A DNA stretch of 63,208 bases, filler included, from Choristocarpus tenellus KU-1152 (lineage: Eukaryota > Protista > Phaeophyceae), in the NCBI GenBank assembly GCA_964200185.2. It is 10 parts of 10 records of this genome, joined end to end, with 100 filler letters (N's around TTAATTAATTAA, not from the genome) between each part and the next. Parts side by side here need not be neighbours in the genome. Positions count along the whole stretch, not along the records: positions 15,745 to 29,089 come from CAXNAD020001515.1; positions 29,190 to 32,083 come from CAXNAD020023843.1; 8 more parts are not named here. The stretch is one strand, 5' to 3'. Numbering within the stretch: position 1 is the first letter of the stretch; the number at the start of each line of letters is the position of its first letter. A program made the translations under genes and the position numbers. Below the pieces are notes generated by a model that saw nothing but the letters and a program-made list of their open reading frames with translations, did no database searches and was not told the origin of the DNA. Shown one piece after another: positions 20,682 through 32,083 of this stretch.

Positions 20682-21869
20682 TATTGTTGTGTGTTTAATG
20701 GGTAGACTTCACTGGGGACCCTTTGCCTAATACAGTCAAATGATTTTGTTTTGTGATTGTAGCTTCATGCATGCAATATATTATCATACTGCAGTTCACT
20801 ATAAATCTGCACTAACATACAAGATCTCTTCTAGCATAATGGTTTGTTTTGTGTGGAAAAGTGTACATCTGCATACACACTCCAAGCTGCTTCAGTAGGA
20901 AAGTAACACAACATGGTGCAATAGGGTACTCGAAATTAGTAGGCACAAATGTATCAGAACTTGTGATCCAGAATCCAACAAAACAGAACTCTGTGCATTG
21001 TACCACTAATGCTTTTTTAAGGGCAAGCTAAAAAATAGGCATGGTGACACATAATGTGGGATTGCTCTGATGGAAGTGATGGAACCTTCACAATTTCCTG
21101 AAATTTATTGCATCTTGATTGTGCATCAGCATTGAGACAAAATTGGTCACAAATTGCTACACAAAGATAATATTTATATGTACATTGTTATCTATGTACT
21201 GCAAATGATTAAATGGTATTTTGCTAAATACGTGAGGCAGCAAAGGACTATAAATACACACAATCAAGGTATGATGGTTGCCCCAAAATGCTTGTCATCA
21301 ATACTTCAGTGGAGCTTGCCACAATTACAATTCTGGTTACACTTCAGAGCATTAAGGCAGTCCACAAGCAAGGATCTGTTTATTCTGGAACACCACATAT
21401 GACAAAAAAAAACAGTGGAATACACAACTGGATAGAATCTGAATTTGAAACGACCAGATTTTTACATACTCAAGAATACTTGGCATCATACAGAGGACAA
21501 CAGAAATGGAATGAAAAACAGTTTAAATACTGCCTGGGTTGGGGTGTGGTAAGTGCATGGCAGTTGTAACCTCCATCTAGAAGAGAAAAACAATCAGGTA
21601 ACTTCCCCATCAAACTAAAGTAACACCAGGTCAACCCACTACCTTATGCAGTAGGCCGTGTGACCTCCTTCAACCGTCTTCCTGTCCCTCAACCTCCCCG
21701 CCCCCCTCCTCAAGCAGATTATCACCACCAACAGAATGAACCTCACGTCAGCATAATGATTCAAATTTCTGGCATAAGAACACCCACACTTCTCCACCGT
21801 CTCCCATCACTCAGCATGCACTCCCTGCACATTGAAGGTCCCATCCAAAGAAGCCCCAGCCCTCAAATT

Positions 21870-24800
21870 TTATGTTCCAAATAATGGAGCCCCCAGCACA
21901 TTCTCCTCTACCACTCCCCCACCCTGCACACTGCAATTCCCTGCCTCAAGCAGGGTGGTCATCATCTCATTGTTGGCATCTGTCATGAGCGTGGTCTCCT
22001 CCCCCACTCCCCCACAGACAGTTCTGCTACCCCCTCTCCGTCCAAACACTGCCTGTGCCACGATAATACTGCCAATTGCAAACAAACTTCCTGTCCCAGC
22101 AGCAGACAGATTCCCTGTTGCCAATACACCAGCAAGCATTATGCAGGGAAGCCCAACTACCACAGCGGCACCCAACTTACCTCCTGGCACACAGAACGGA
22201 CGGCAAAGATCCGGCATGGATCTTCGAAGGTGGAAGAAGGCCGCGAGCTCCAGAAATGTCTGTAAAGTGTAAACGAAGTTGCCTGAAAAAAGAGTGGGGG
22301 ATGAGCAGGGCTTAAGTTTTAGACGTAGGAGGGTGAAGGTGGTGTGGTATGTTGGATAGTTCGCGCAAGAGTGGGGGCAGGTGTGTGGGTGAGCAAAAGA
22401 GACTTCAGGCATGCCGATGAGCGGGACTTAGCCCTCTTAATTTAATCCCTTCTCTCACTTGCCAATTCTGGGAACGGTCTCCACTTAGGAAAAGGCAACT
22501 ATATTTAAAAAAAATGTAGGAAGCAACAAAACAAAAAGATGGATTTCATAGTATCCTGTTCTTGACAAGATACACATCATCTTTGTTTCTCACTACCTTC
22601 AGCCACAAATCACCACAACCCCTTCTTCCATCAACAAACTTGAAAATATATAATGGCAACAGCTACCTGGACATCCCTGATGAAACCACAACTGATCATC
22701 ATATAAAACACCCATCAAACCTTGGAATTCTATTGCAAAAGCCGCTGGAGATCAACATTGCCTTGCAAAAAATTTCCTCCAATGGTACATCATGTTTGTC
22801 ACATACAGAATGGAATCCAGCATACTCTGAGCAAATAATGCCTGCGCAGTTCTCTCTTCCCCAACTCTCTACTGCCTCTAAGCAGACTTGAACCAATCCA
22901 GAGTCTCACATACACGGACGAGGGCATCGAAGTCTAGTGGCTGACTGGCTGCAATGATTGCAGCGATTGTAACCAGTGCCCAGGGGTGGGTCCCATGGCG
23001 ACCCTTGTATTTTAAGGAGCTGGGGAGCAATGCTCCCTCTGCCATACCGGCAAGTGTTTGGCTAGTGACACTCATTTCTGACAGGTAGGAACCACTGTTT
23101 GCCACAGCTGCTGTAAGCATTAGCCACACCCCCAGCCACCTTCCCCCAGCAATGGAGTCTGCTGCAAGCCTGTCATCATTTAGCGAGCATATAAAGATTG
23201 TTGATGGGTGGGAAGGAGAGAGACACTCATGCAACCAAAAATCCAAGTACTTGCCTTGATTTTCGTGGAAGCAGTACCACGACTATGTCCTTGCAGTCAC
23301 AATCAACGCGCCGTGCATCATGCAGCAACAATAGCAGGAGGGGCACAAAAGCCTCTACCCTTTTTCTCTGATACGAACATCAATTTACTATATTATTGTC
23401 ACACTGAGGAAAAGGTGAGGGGGGGGGGGCACCCCACATTGGCAACACAAAGTTGTTGGTAGGGACTGAAGCACACTAAACCAAAAAAGAAAAAAGGTTA
23501 AGCATAAGAAACAGGGCTCTCATGCCCCGCTCATTAGCATCACAGGCGGGCATCTTTCACAAACACACAGCTGGATAATTGTCTCTTTGCTACCAAAAAC
23601 AATGCCCATTCAGAAACTCCGAGATAAAACCTAAAAAAAGAGCGGTCAAACACGGAGGTGGTGAAGTTGGTAAGACACATTTTTTCCTCTTTTGGACTCC
23701 CCCATATCTCCCTCTCTTGGGCATCACTAGGCCTTGTGAATCACCTCAGGTACCCTGGCTTCCAATCGCTATAGTGGGAGGGGTCAGTGGCCCCAGCCGC
23801 AACAAGGTGAATAAACCCATTAATTCCTGCCTGCATGAAGGTAGCGATTAGTATTGCCCGAGGAAAGTTCTGGGAACAGTTCTTAACATCTGGACCCACA
23901 GAAGCAACCTGCCACAGAATACACCACCACAGAAAATAGTGAGGAAGGGGGCTTGTAAGGCAGGGGGTAGAGGGTAGAGGGTAGAGGGGTGAGGGATTTT
24001 TGCCAACATAGTGGATATCATGGTGGCAGATGGTGTTGCTGTGTCTCTAACCATTGGCATATCAGATGGTATGGTCTTTCTTGTATGAGTTTTCGAAGCT
24101 GAAGGGAGGGGTGGGCATAATGTGAATATGTAGAGGGGAGTTCAGCCTTTTAATCAGCTGAGGAAAGGGGTCATGGTGCATGGTCAAATTAGTTCCCTCA
24201 TATCGTTTCTAATTGCAGCAAATATAGCATACCACCGCTTCCACAAAAATTATATGCACAACACCATTCTGTACAGAAAACAAGGAGATATTACAACACA
24301 TAGCACCTTCTGCCAGTAGGTAGATGTCCAGAACATGATCTGAATATACAGCCTCCAGTGCACATCCCCTACAGAAGGGACAGTTAAAACAGCACCCCAG
24401 TCCATTTTGAATATGCCAGCCCCGATCATCACCAAAAAGGGAAGGATTGTCAGCCCGAAGATCAATTCCTCTGTTCGGGCAACCACCTGAGCCAGAAAAT
24501 AAGGTAAGATGGGTGGGTGGTCTACTACCTGTACATATTTCCCAAACAGCTTCCTTCTATTGAAGACGAGAGTATTATTCCTGATAGAGCCAGAACACTA
24601 CAAACAAGAGACATGTGGTTAATCCCATGGGTTTCATCCAATAATTTCATTCCTCAAATGCCCTGCACAAACACTCGTATCACATTAGGCAAAACGTTGA
24701 CATGACTGTCTCAACTTCACAGGGGGAAGTCAAATGCAGTTATTAATAGATATGAGTTGGCATTATCCAATAATAGTACTAATAATAGTGGTCTTGGATG

Positions 24801-26031
24801 TTCAACACCTTGTGGTGGGCTTGAAATATTCAGATAGATTACCCCAGAGACATACCAAAATTGATTAAATAATCTCCTGAAAGAAAACAGGTGAGAACTA
24901 AGGAAATATAGCTCACTAGAAACACAGATATTGTCAAGAAGTCCTTCAACTAATCGTATCTCGATTTAAAAATACAGGAAAAACAAAGCCACACCATCCT
25001 AATTTCTCCCATTCCAATCTAAATCTTATTCCTCACATCCGAACCACGGTAGGTGAGGTAGGATAGGCTGATGATTGTCACATAGATAGTAACCCAGCGA
25101 AAAATACCCACTAACTCAAGATAGTCAGCAATGATAAGGGGGAACATGGCGTTGTCCAGAAAGGATGTTGCGAGTGACCAGATGGCGTTGACGAAACCCC
25201 ACTGGTCCCCAAAGGCCTTGGACACCCAAGCAATGCTTCCTCGGTGGTCCTGTTTCAGGGAGAATAAGGAGGGGGTAGCTGGCAGTTGTGACCACATTGT
25301 ATCAGCGATAAGTCTGACTTCAAGAGTCTCAGTATCAGACATCGGAGGGAAACTGTGCGGCCAAGTTCAACTCGTGCTTTGTACACTATACATACGAAAA
25401 TGGCATCATGTTCGCCTTCCAACCCTAGTCTTTGACCATTCGAAACACCTGAAAAGTTGTTGTCATTTCGGCCGTCACAAGGCAGATAGGGATCTGCCAC
25501 AGGATTGGGAGAATGACGAAGAAACCCAATGTAACCATGAAAGGTCCCGCCGCCTGTATAGCCTGAGGGACGCAATGAGTACAGACAAAGGTGAGATCGG
25601 GTATCTCTGCCTTCACCAGTAATTGCAACATGTTGGATCCTGGTGCGATCAAACCAGGATTGAAGGTAAGATCATTTTTCAAGTTTTTCTGGACAAGGCA
25701 ACACCTGTACCGAATGTCGCACAGCTCTCTTCCACTTTCCATTAAGATTGAGGGAACCAGGCCATCAGATAAGCGGGCTTTGCTTTATGCACGGCTCATG
25801 GAATTACAGGTACATCAGCAATGTGTCATTCATGCAGGAAACATTTGATACGTGGCTAACCTCCTCATCCCCAAATGGCACCCCAATGTTGTAGTAGATC
25901 AAGAATATAAGTGGCCCCAACCCAATACTACTGTGTTTTGTTGCCACCGCATCTACTATTCCCCTCGTCTCGCCCGTGCCGTCATTTCCCTCCTCTCCGA
26001 GCAACGGAACCTTCAGCGTTTGGATTTCCAT
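21870..26031 (-). CDS. APC-superfamily amino acid/polyamine transporter (PUT/LAT-like)
   Basis: Seven phase-consistent GT-AG exons: 26031-25861, 25562-25449, 25249-25037, 24486-24307, 23908-23745, 23169-22910, 22282-21870. Motifs PFGDEEAIQAAGP, LVTAEMTTTF, GSIAWVSKAFG, LAGMAEGALLP and LRRSMPDLCRPF, with many hydrophobic helices. Confidence 0.9.
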
Positions 26032-26285
26032 TTATTTCCCTAAATTTGTGGGGAAATAAGTAGAACAGGCTATGGTCCAACACAGAACAGACGTGGAAGA
26101 TCCCATAAAAACCTTTAGTATCTCTATCTTGTTACAACCTGCAAATAACACTATAAAAAAGGAGTGATCTTAACAATAAGAAACGCCTTCGATGATTTCT
26201 GTTGGAACTCTTGAACAACACTATTAATTTCAACTACTACTACAACTGCTGACAACGTGGTGGTCCATTTTAAGAGGGGGTGGCA

Positions 26286-27103
26286 ATGATGTTTTTTCCC
26301 TCCAGAAGTCTCTTTCTTGGGGGAACATGCCTGCTTGTGGGCCGTGGTAGCGCCTTCGTCGCCAATCCTTTCACTTTTTCGCATGTCTCCCGTGCCCTAT
26401 GTGCCAAAGGTCGAACCACAACTCCTGTGTTGAGGGCACTCAGCATGTCCGCTTCGATGCAGAGCATCATGGAGTCCAAGCTTAAGTCGTCTCTATCGCC
26501 ATCTCATCTGGAGGTGATTAATGAGAGCCACATGCACAGCGGCCCTGCTCAAGAAAGTCACTTCAAGGTGGGAATGCTCTAGGTTACAACTACTCTTCTC
26601 CATATTTCTTTCGAGAATCTGTTGTGAGGGTCGGCCTCCCAAGGCCCTTATCGAAAGCATATGAATTAAACAAATGGCTGAAATAGTTCATGTGTATCCT
26701 GCAAAACTTGATCGTTATAATTCGACATCCTTTTAACCACACCACTGCCCATCACCCCTCTCTCTAACCAGGTAATCGTTGTGTCTGAAAAGTTCGAAGG
26801 GAAGCCTCTGCTGGCTCGCCATCGCATGATCACGGAGCTCTTCGCGGAGGAGTTGAAAGGGGCCGTGCACGGTACGGATGCTCTTGATACATAGAGCACA
26901 CCACTTGCCAACGATTGTATCTACTGTATCATTTCCCTATAAGATTGACATCTCACCCACATTCTCTATATTCATCCCCCTGTTCCTGCTCGCCAGCACT
27001 CTCTATTCAGAGCAAGACGCCTGCCCAATGGGAAGCTGAGGGACACAAGGTTGCTCCATCCCCACCATGCATGGGTGGCAGCAAAGCAGACCCATTGATG
27101 TGA
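26286..27103 (+). CDS. BolA-family protein with organelle presequence
   Basis: Exons 26286-26567, 26772-26871, 26997-27103 give LSPSHLEVINESHMH..ESHFK|VIVVSEKFEGKPLLARHRMI..VH|ALSIQSKTPAQW..SPPCMGG. The N-terminus is a hydrophobic stretch followed by GSAFVANP and an S/T/R-rich transit-like region. Confidence 0.92.
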
Positions 27104-28812
27104 GGTGGGAAAGTATCGTTTTTGACGAAGAGGGGTTGGGGAACACAGAACACCTTTTTTGAGATCGGTATAATGAACTACACTGCAGAAAGTGTCAAAG
27201 GGATCAATTTTTCAACAATGGTTGGGTGGGTTGCAAGTTTCTCTGTAGGAATGGAACTGTTATCAATCCGAGTTGGCACTTAGGGAGGATTTCTGTTGGC
27301 ATGAGATGGAGGGGTCTTGGAGAGGTGGTCGAACAAGGTGATTGAAGGAAAACAGTGAAGAGGTGACATGCTGTAACCGCATTCAAACTGTATTTTCCTT
27401 TTGGATTTAACACTCAGCGATGAATTCAAGTTTTGTTAGAGGGTGTATGTGCTGTGTTGTGCTCTTGGCAAAGCATATTCTGCTCCTTGTTCATCCAGTG
27501 TCTCTTGTATGTTAGTGGTTTCAATATACCACTAGTGACACTGGATAGCACCTATGTTAAAGGGACTTGTGCAAGCGTGTTTTTGTTTGTTTTATGATAT
27601 CAGGTGCAATAGTAGGAATAGATAAAAAAGAGAGAAAAGATGTTCTAGTTAATTCAATGTTTCTCATTGCTCCCAAATATTTCCTCAAGCATCAAGTGCT
27701 CTGCTCTTAGAAATCACTATGTAAGTGTGTCAACATATCTTTTTCTCAATGCTAGGCAAGGGGTCATGCACCATCTGGTGTTAACCTTTTGATGCTATAC
27801 ATTGGGAGTTCATTTGAATAATGTGTAATGATTTCTATTTAAATCGGGAACTACCTAAGGTGGACAACATTGGACTGGTGTTCTTTGATTTGGAAATTTA
27901 CGTTGTACATTTTCTAGGCGAGGTGGCACAGGAATGGATGAGAATCTTCTCATTTGCTCCCAACATCAATCCTTGATTTTGTTCTTGCCTTGCTTTGCTG
28001 CTTGTGATTTCATGGCCAAGTCTGATGTACTCTTGTGCTGCTCGCATTGCTCAGGTAGTGTCACATGGACTACATTGCATAGATATGCCCTTTGATTGAA
28101 CCATGCTTACCTTGTATTTTTTATTTTGCTCTCTGCATAGCATTATCAGGACATGAGCACTGTTTTTAAAATTTATGCCATTGGCTAATTTCACTTACCA
28201 TCAACTCCTGTTGCCCCTTGACCCCCTAAATGTGGCACTTGAGCTGTGGTTTGTAAAGACTGGATGTTCATAACAAGTCCTCATTTCAGTATTTTTATCA
28301 TGACTAAATATCGACATTACGAATTGGGGCTCATCATCTACCCTACATCTTCATGTGCTGTTAAAGCATGGGAGGATATTCTGCACTTTCCTAGTCTCAT
28401 ATCACTGTTTCCATTCAGGACAGGTGTATAGTTGAATGCTAATAGGAACCGTGTGCTCTTCCTAACCTTCCGATCTCGATGCCATGGAAGTTTTAATGGT
28501 GAAAGCTTGTTCAATGGATTGAACACTCACATTTACTAAGCATTGTATATGCTGGACTGTGTCCCACCCCTTTCAGACACATCTCAAAACAGAGAATCAA
28601 GGGTGCCTCTGACCACAAGTACTCTTTAGGTGCTAGCCCAGAGTTGTGCATTGTATACATCAAACCTCTTTGTTCATAAATTTGAAAATTCTCTCATACC
28701 ATGCAAAATTCCTTCCTCCAAAACTACCTTCTCTCAGTTGTGTGTCACAGTTGTTGTTGTTGCCCCTCCCCTCCCAACTGGCTTCTCCACCACTGTCACC
28801 CAATCTTCCTAG

Positions 28813-29050
28813 GCACGCCAGTATCGGTGCCATAGGATTGAGCTGGGGGGAGAAATTTTGGATCCCCTCATTCTTCCTGGGTCATGTGAAGTGCTTCTGG
28901 AAAAGGATCAAACAACGTAAGCCCTGCAATTCAACAGCCCTTCTTGCTACAGCTTGGTTTGGCTGTATGGCACTGCTCCTCTGCACTCCGCAGTTGGCAT
29001 CAGCAGCAGGTGGGATAGGTGTGGGGGGGGCTGGGAGGGGGCCAACAAAG
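28813..29050 (+). CDS. Probable exon of an unidentified gene truncated by the contig end
   Basis: Open frame between a pyrimidine-rich CTAG acceptor and AAG|GTGG. Encodes a hydrophobic segment ending ..TPQLASAAGG. No family recognised. Confidence 0.35.
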
Positions 29051-29718
29051 GTGGCTACCAAGTCAATAATGATAGCTGTCTCGACACAGNNNNNNNNNNN
29101 NNNNNNNNNNNNNNNNNNNNNNNNNNNNNNNNNTTAATTAATTAANNNNNNNNNNNNNNNNNNNNNNNNNNNNNNNNNNNNNNNNNNNNCTCCAAATCCC
29201 CCTTCCTTCACTCTTCCTGTTTGTTGACTCTTTTCCTGAGTTAATTTCTGAGGGATTGATCTCCCTCTTTGACCTTGTCTCTCTTTGATCTGTCCTCCTG
29301 TTGTGGGTCTTCTTGCTCCCCTTCATTACGAAGAACCTGTCGGCTGTTTCCACCTGTTTCACATATTGTGGTATTTTCTCGTTGGGCATACTTTTCAGGA
29401 ACTTTCAACCACATATATATGATCAATTCATCAATACTAAACGAACATGAGGACAATTTGAAGCACATTTACAAAATTTGGTATATTCTCACAAGAACAA
29501 CAATTCGCGATTCTTATTGGGATATCTATGAAGGGAACTATTTCCAATCCCTCATACATAATGTTTTATTGAAATTTCTTAACGCAACACAAACACCATA
29601 CCATACACGTACAACTTGTACAATATGCGTTCTCGTTCTTCACGAATCATTTCACCTTCCATCATCACCAAGTTCAGGAATGTATGTACAGTGTTGTCAA
29701 GTCACCTCTAGGATGATA

Positions 29719-30027
29719 CCAGTTTTGATTTTTTTTTAAAAGGTTGCCCAACCAGTTAAACCACAATCAGCATATCGAATGAAAGCTCTTGATCTAAGCT
29801 GTCGATTTCTCGAAAGGAATGATTTCGGAAAATTATTTTAGTAAGGTTAAATTTTAACCGAATGTTTTCGGCACAACCTTGAAAATTTTCCGGAATGAAT
29901 TATCACGACCAAAATATGTCTCCGAAATAATTCCTTTGCGTAAATCAATAGCCTAGATCCAGAGCTTTCATTTGACATGCTGATCGATTAAATCGTTGGG
30001 CAACTTTTTAAAACAAATCAAGATTGG
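29719..30027. mobile_element. Foldback/MITE-like long imperfect palindrome (~310 bp)
   Basis: The left arm AAAAGGTTGCCCAAC..ATCAGCATATCGAATGAAAGCTCTTGATCTAAGCT..GAAAGGAATGATTTCGGA pairs with the right arm TCCGAAATAATTCCTTTG..AGCCTAGATCCAGAGCTTTCATTTGACATGCTGAT..GTTGGGCAACTTTT. Confidence 0.8.
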
Positions 30028-30085
30028 TCACTCCCAAAACGGCGGGGTAACCTCGGCTTAATACTGTTTAAGCCACTCACAGGAC

Positions 30086-30415
30086 ATGATTCTGGTTGAG
30101 CGTCGTCGAGGACACTGCTTGACACTTCCAAAGTACCACTGTGAATTGAACCCGATAGACATGGTCTGGGGGCGAGCGAAGCACTCTGTGCAGGGCCACT
30201 GTGACTACACGTTGCCTGGAATGAGAGTCAACATTCCTGTCAGTCTTAAGGAGGAAGGGGGGCTGTCCAGAGTAATGGTAGAGAGGTCCTTCAGGTTGAT
30301 TGCTTACCACCTGATATATTCCAACGAGAAAGGCGTGGAATGCACCAAATTGGACAGGTTGTACTAGACATTTAAGTCTCACAGGAGGACTGCACCTTCA
30401 GAATACCTCATTTGA
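30086..30415 (+). mobile_element. IS630-Tc1-mariner-like DDE transposase C-terminal remnant
   Basis: RRGHCLTLPKYHCELNPIDMVWGRAK matches the GH..LPK(F/Y)HCELNPIE..WG..K motif around the third catalytic residue. An in-frame stop follows. Confidence 0.75.
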
Positions 30416-31879
30416 CTTGGCATGGATTGTCTGATTCAGAGGCCTGGGCTCCCCCGTAAGTGAGCCTTAGTCAGCAGGTCACAGCATTACATAAACGGGA
30501 AATAATGGAAAGAGAATGGAGAGATAACTACACCCATGTTCTCTGGGTGAAGATGACCGCTTCTGGCGTCAAAATCATCCTTGAATGCGCTATTCGCGCG
30601 CACCGCGTGGCACTCCGCCCGCAACGTGCGCGCAGATTACTTGATTTAAGTATGATCCTGTATTTCTCACAATTACTGCAAGTTGACCAACCGAGATCCA
30701 TCAATAAGATTATGCATGCTGATGCGATCACAACAAACGAATTTTCATGAAAAAAATTTGTTGTGGATCAAAAGTTATAGCACGACAAAGTTGATGTTGA
30801 AGGCAACTATCAACACTGTAGAGTAGCCACAATCAACACTCTGTGCTCCCACTCAAACCAAAGGAAATATACAAAAAAATATCGTAATTAGTGGGAGTTT
30901 ACGATCAGAATAGTTCAAATATTGCGATGCATACAGATGAGTAATGTTAGAGGGGGAGTTTTGGGAACAAGATGGAGTTCGTCGTACTAACTTAGGTGAA
31001 GTCTTATACGCATGGGGTTTTTTGCTGTTTGGCTTGCTTTCACTGAAATCCTGACAGGAAAAAGAGAACTGGACAGGTGTTGTTGGTGCGAGTTGTACTA
31101 CAGATTTCATTTTGACCATGGCGATGCCATGTATTGTACAAGACCACCTAGTATCACCATCACGGCACTCCACCGTTGCATCTAACCCCGAACAGCTAAT
31201 ACCGAAACAAAATTCTTGGAACACTGAATCATGACTTATGAGGATGCAGTCACGGGCATAGGCTTCTAGTTGAATGTTGTGATGTCATGGGTACTCAGGA
31301 GACTCTGAAGAACACGTGTGGTTCAAAGATGACAGCCGCTCATTTGAAGTCGTACCAAACCGTTCCCATCGCCTATGCGTCAAGGTTCGTGAAGAAAAGC
31401 GGAAGCACAGTTTCACGGAATGCGAGGGATGCCTTGGCAACACAAGTATACATGGATGTGGCGGTCTGTGGATTCTTGAAGTGGTTAGGAGAGGAAGTCC
31501 CAGACTTGACCCCCCCGACTCTTACGAAGGAAGTGTTGGTGCAGACAACATTGGGAACCGGGAAGAAGACCATTCTGAAGACATTAATAAGTACGGACAC
31601 TTCGATATGGTCCAGGTTGACAAGCCGCAGAAGATTGTCACCAACGTGTACATCCCCCTCTGGCTGATGTGAGTATGGACGGTAGATGTTGCTTGAGCTC
31701 CTCCCGTATTGCATTTCACTTTTGTAGGTTACACACCAGAAATCCACGATCACAACGCTTAATAGGGAGTATCTTAACATACACACATCCAACACGTTTC
31801 TTGCTTCCCAGTCTTGTTCCCAGAGGAAAGTTGCGGTCTGGGGAGCAGGAGATGGACTGCCTGCAGAGGCTGTGCGACC

Positions 31880-32083
31880 GACCCAAAGTATCTTAGAGGG
31901 TAGAGCCGCGTCCAATTTCATCCCAAAATCCAATGTTGCGATTTTTATGTAATTTTGGCTATCGTATTTGTTAGGAAGTGCCAAAATCCTTGTTCCGGAC
32001 ACACCTTTTCAGAACGTATACATTTTACCTACTCCGAAATATTTTGGAGTAGGAAAATGTGGTAAAATCCCCGAGGGAAGCCA
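31880..32083 (+). mobile_element. MITE family A copy (truncated at contig end)
   Basis: Begins GACCCAAAGTATCTTAGAGGGTAGAGCCGCGTCC. Homologous to the full copies at 43470 and 43743. Confidence 0.85.

Noticed and set aside
31230-31672. Possible MULE transposase remnant (VPNRSHRLC)
   Set aside because: One weak motif lacking the second His, so there is not enough support.
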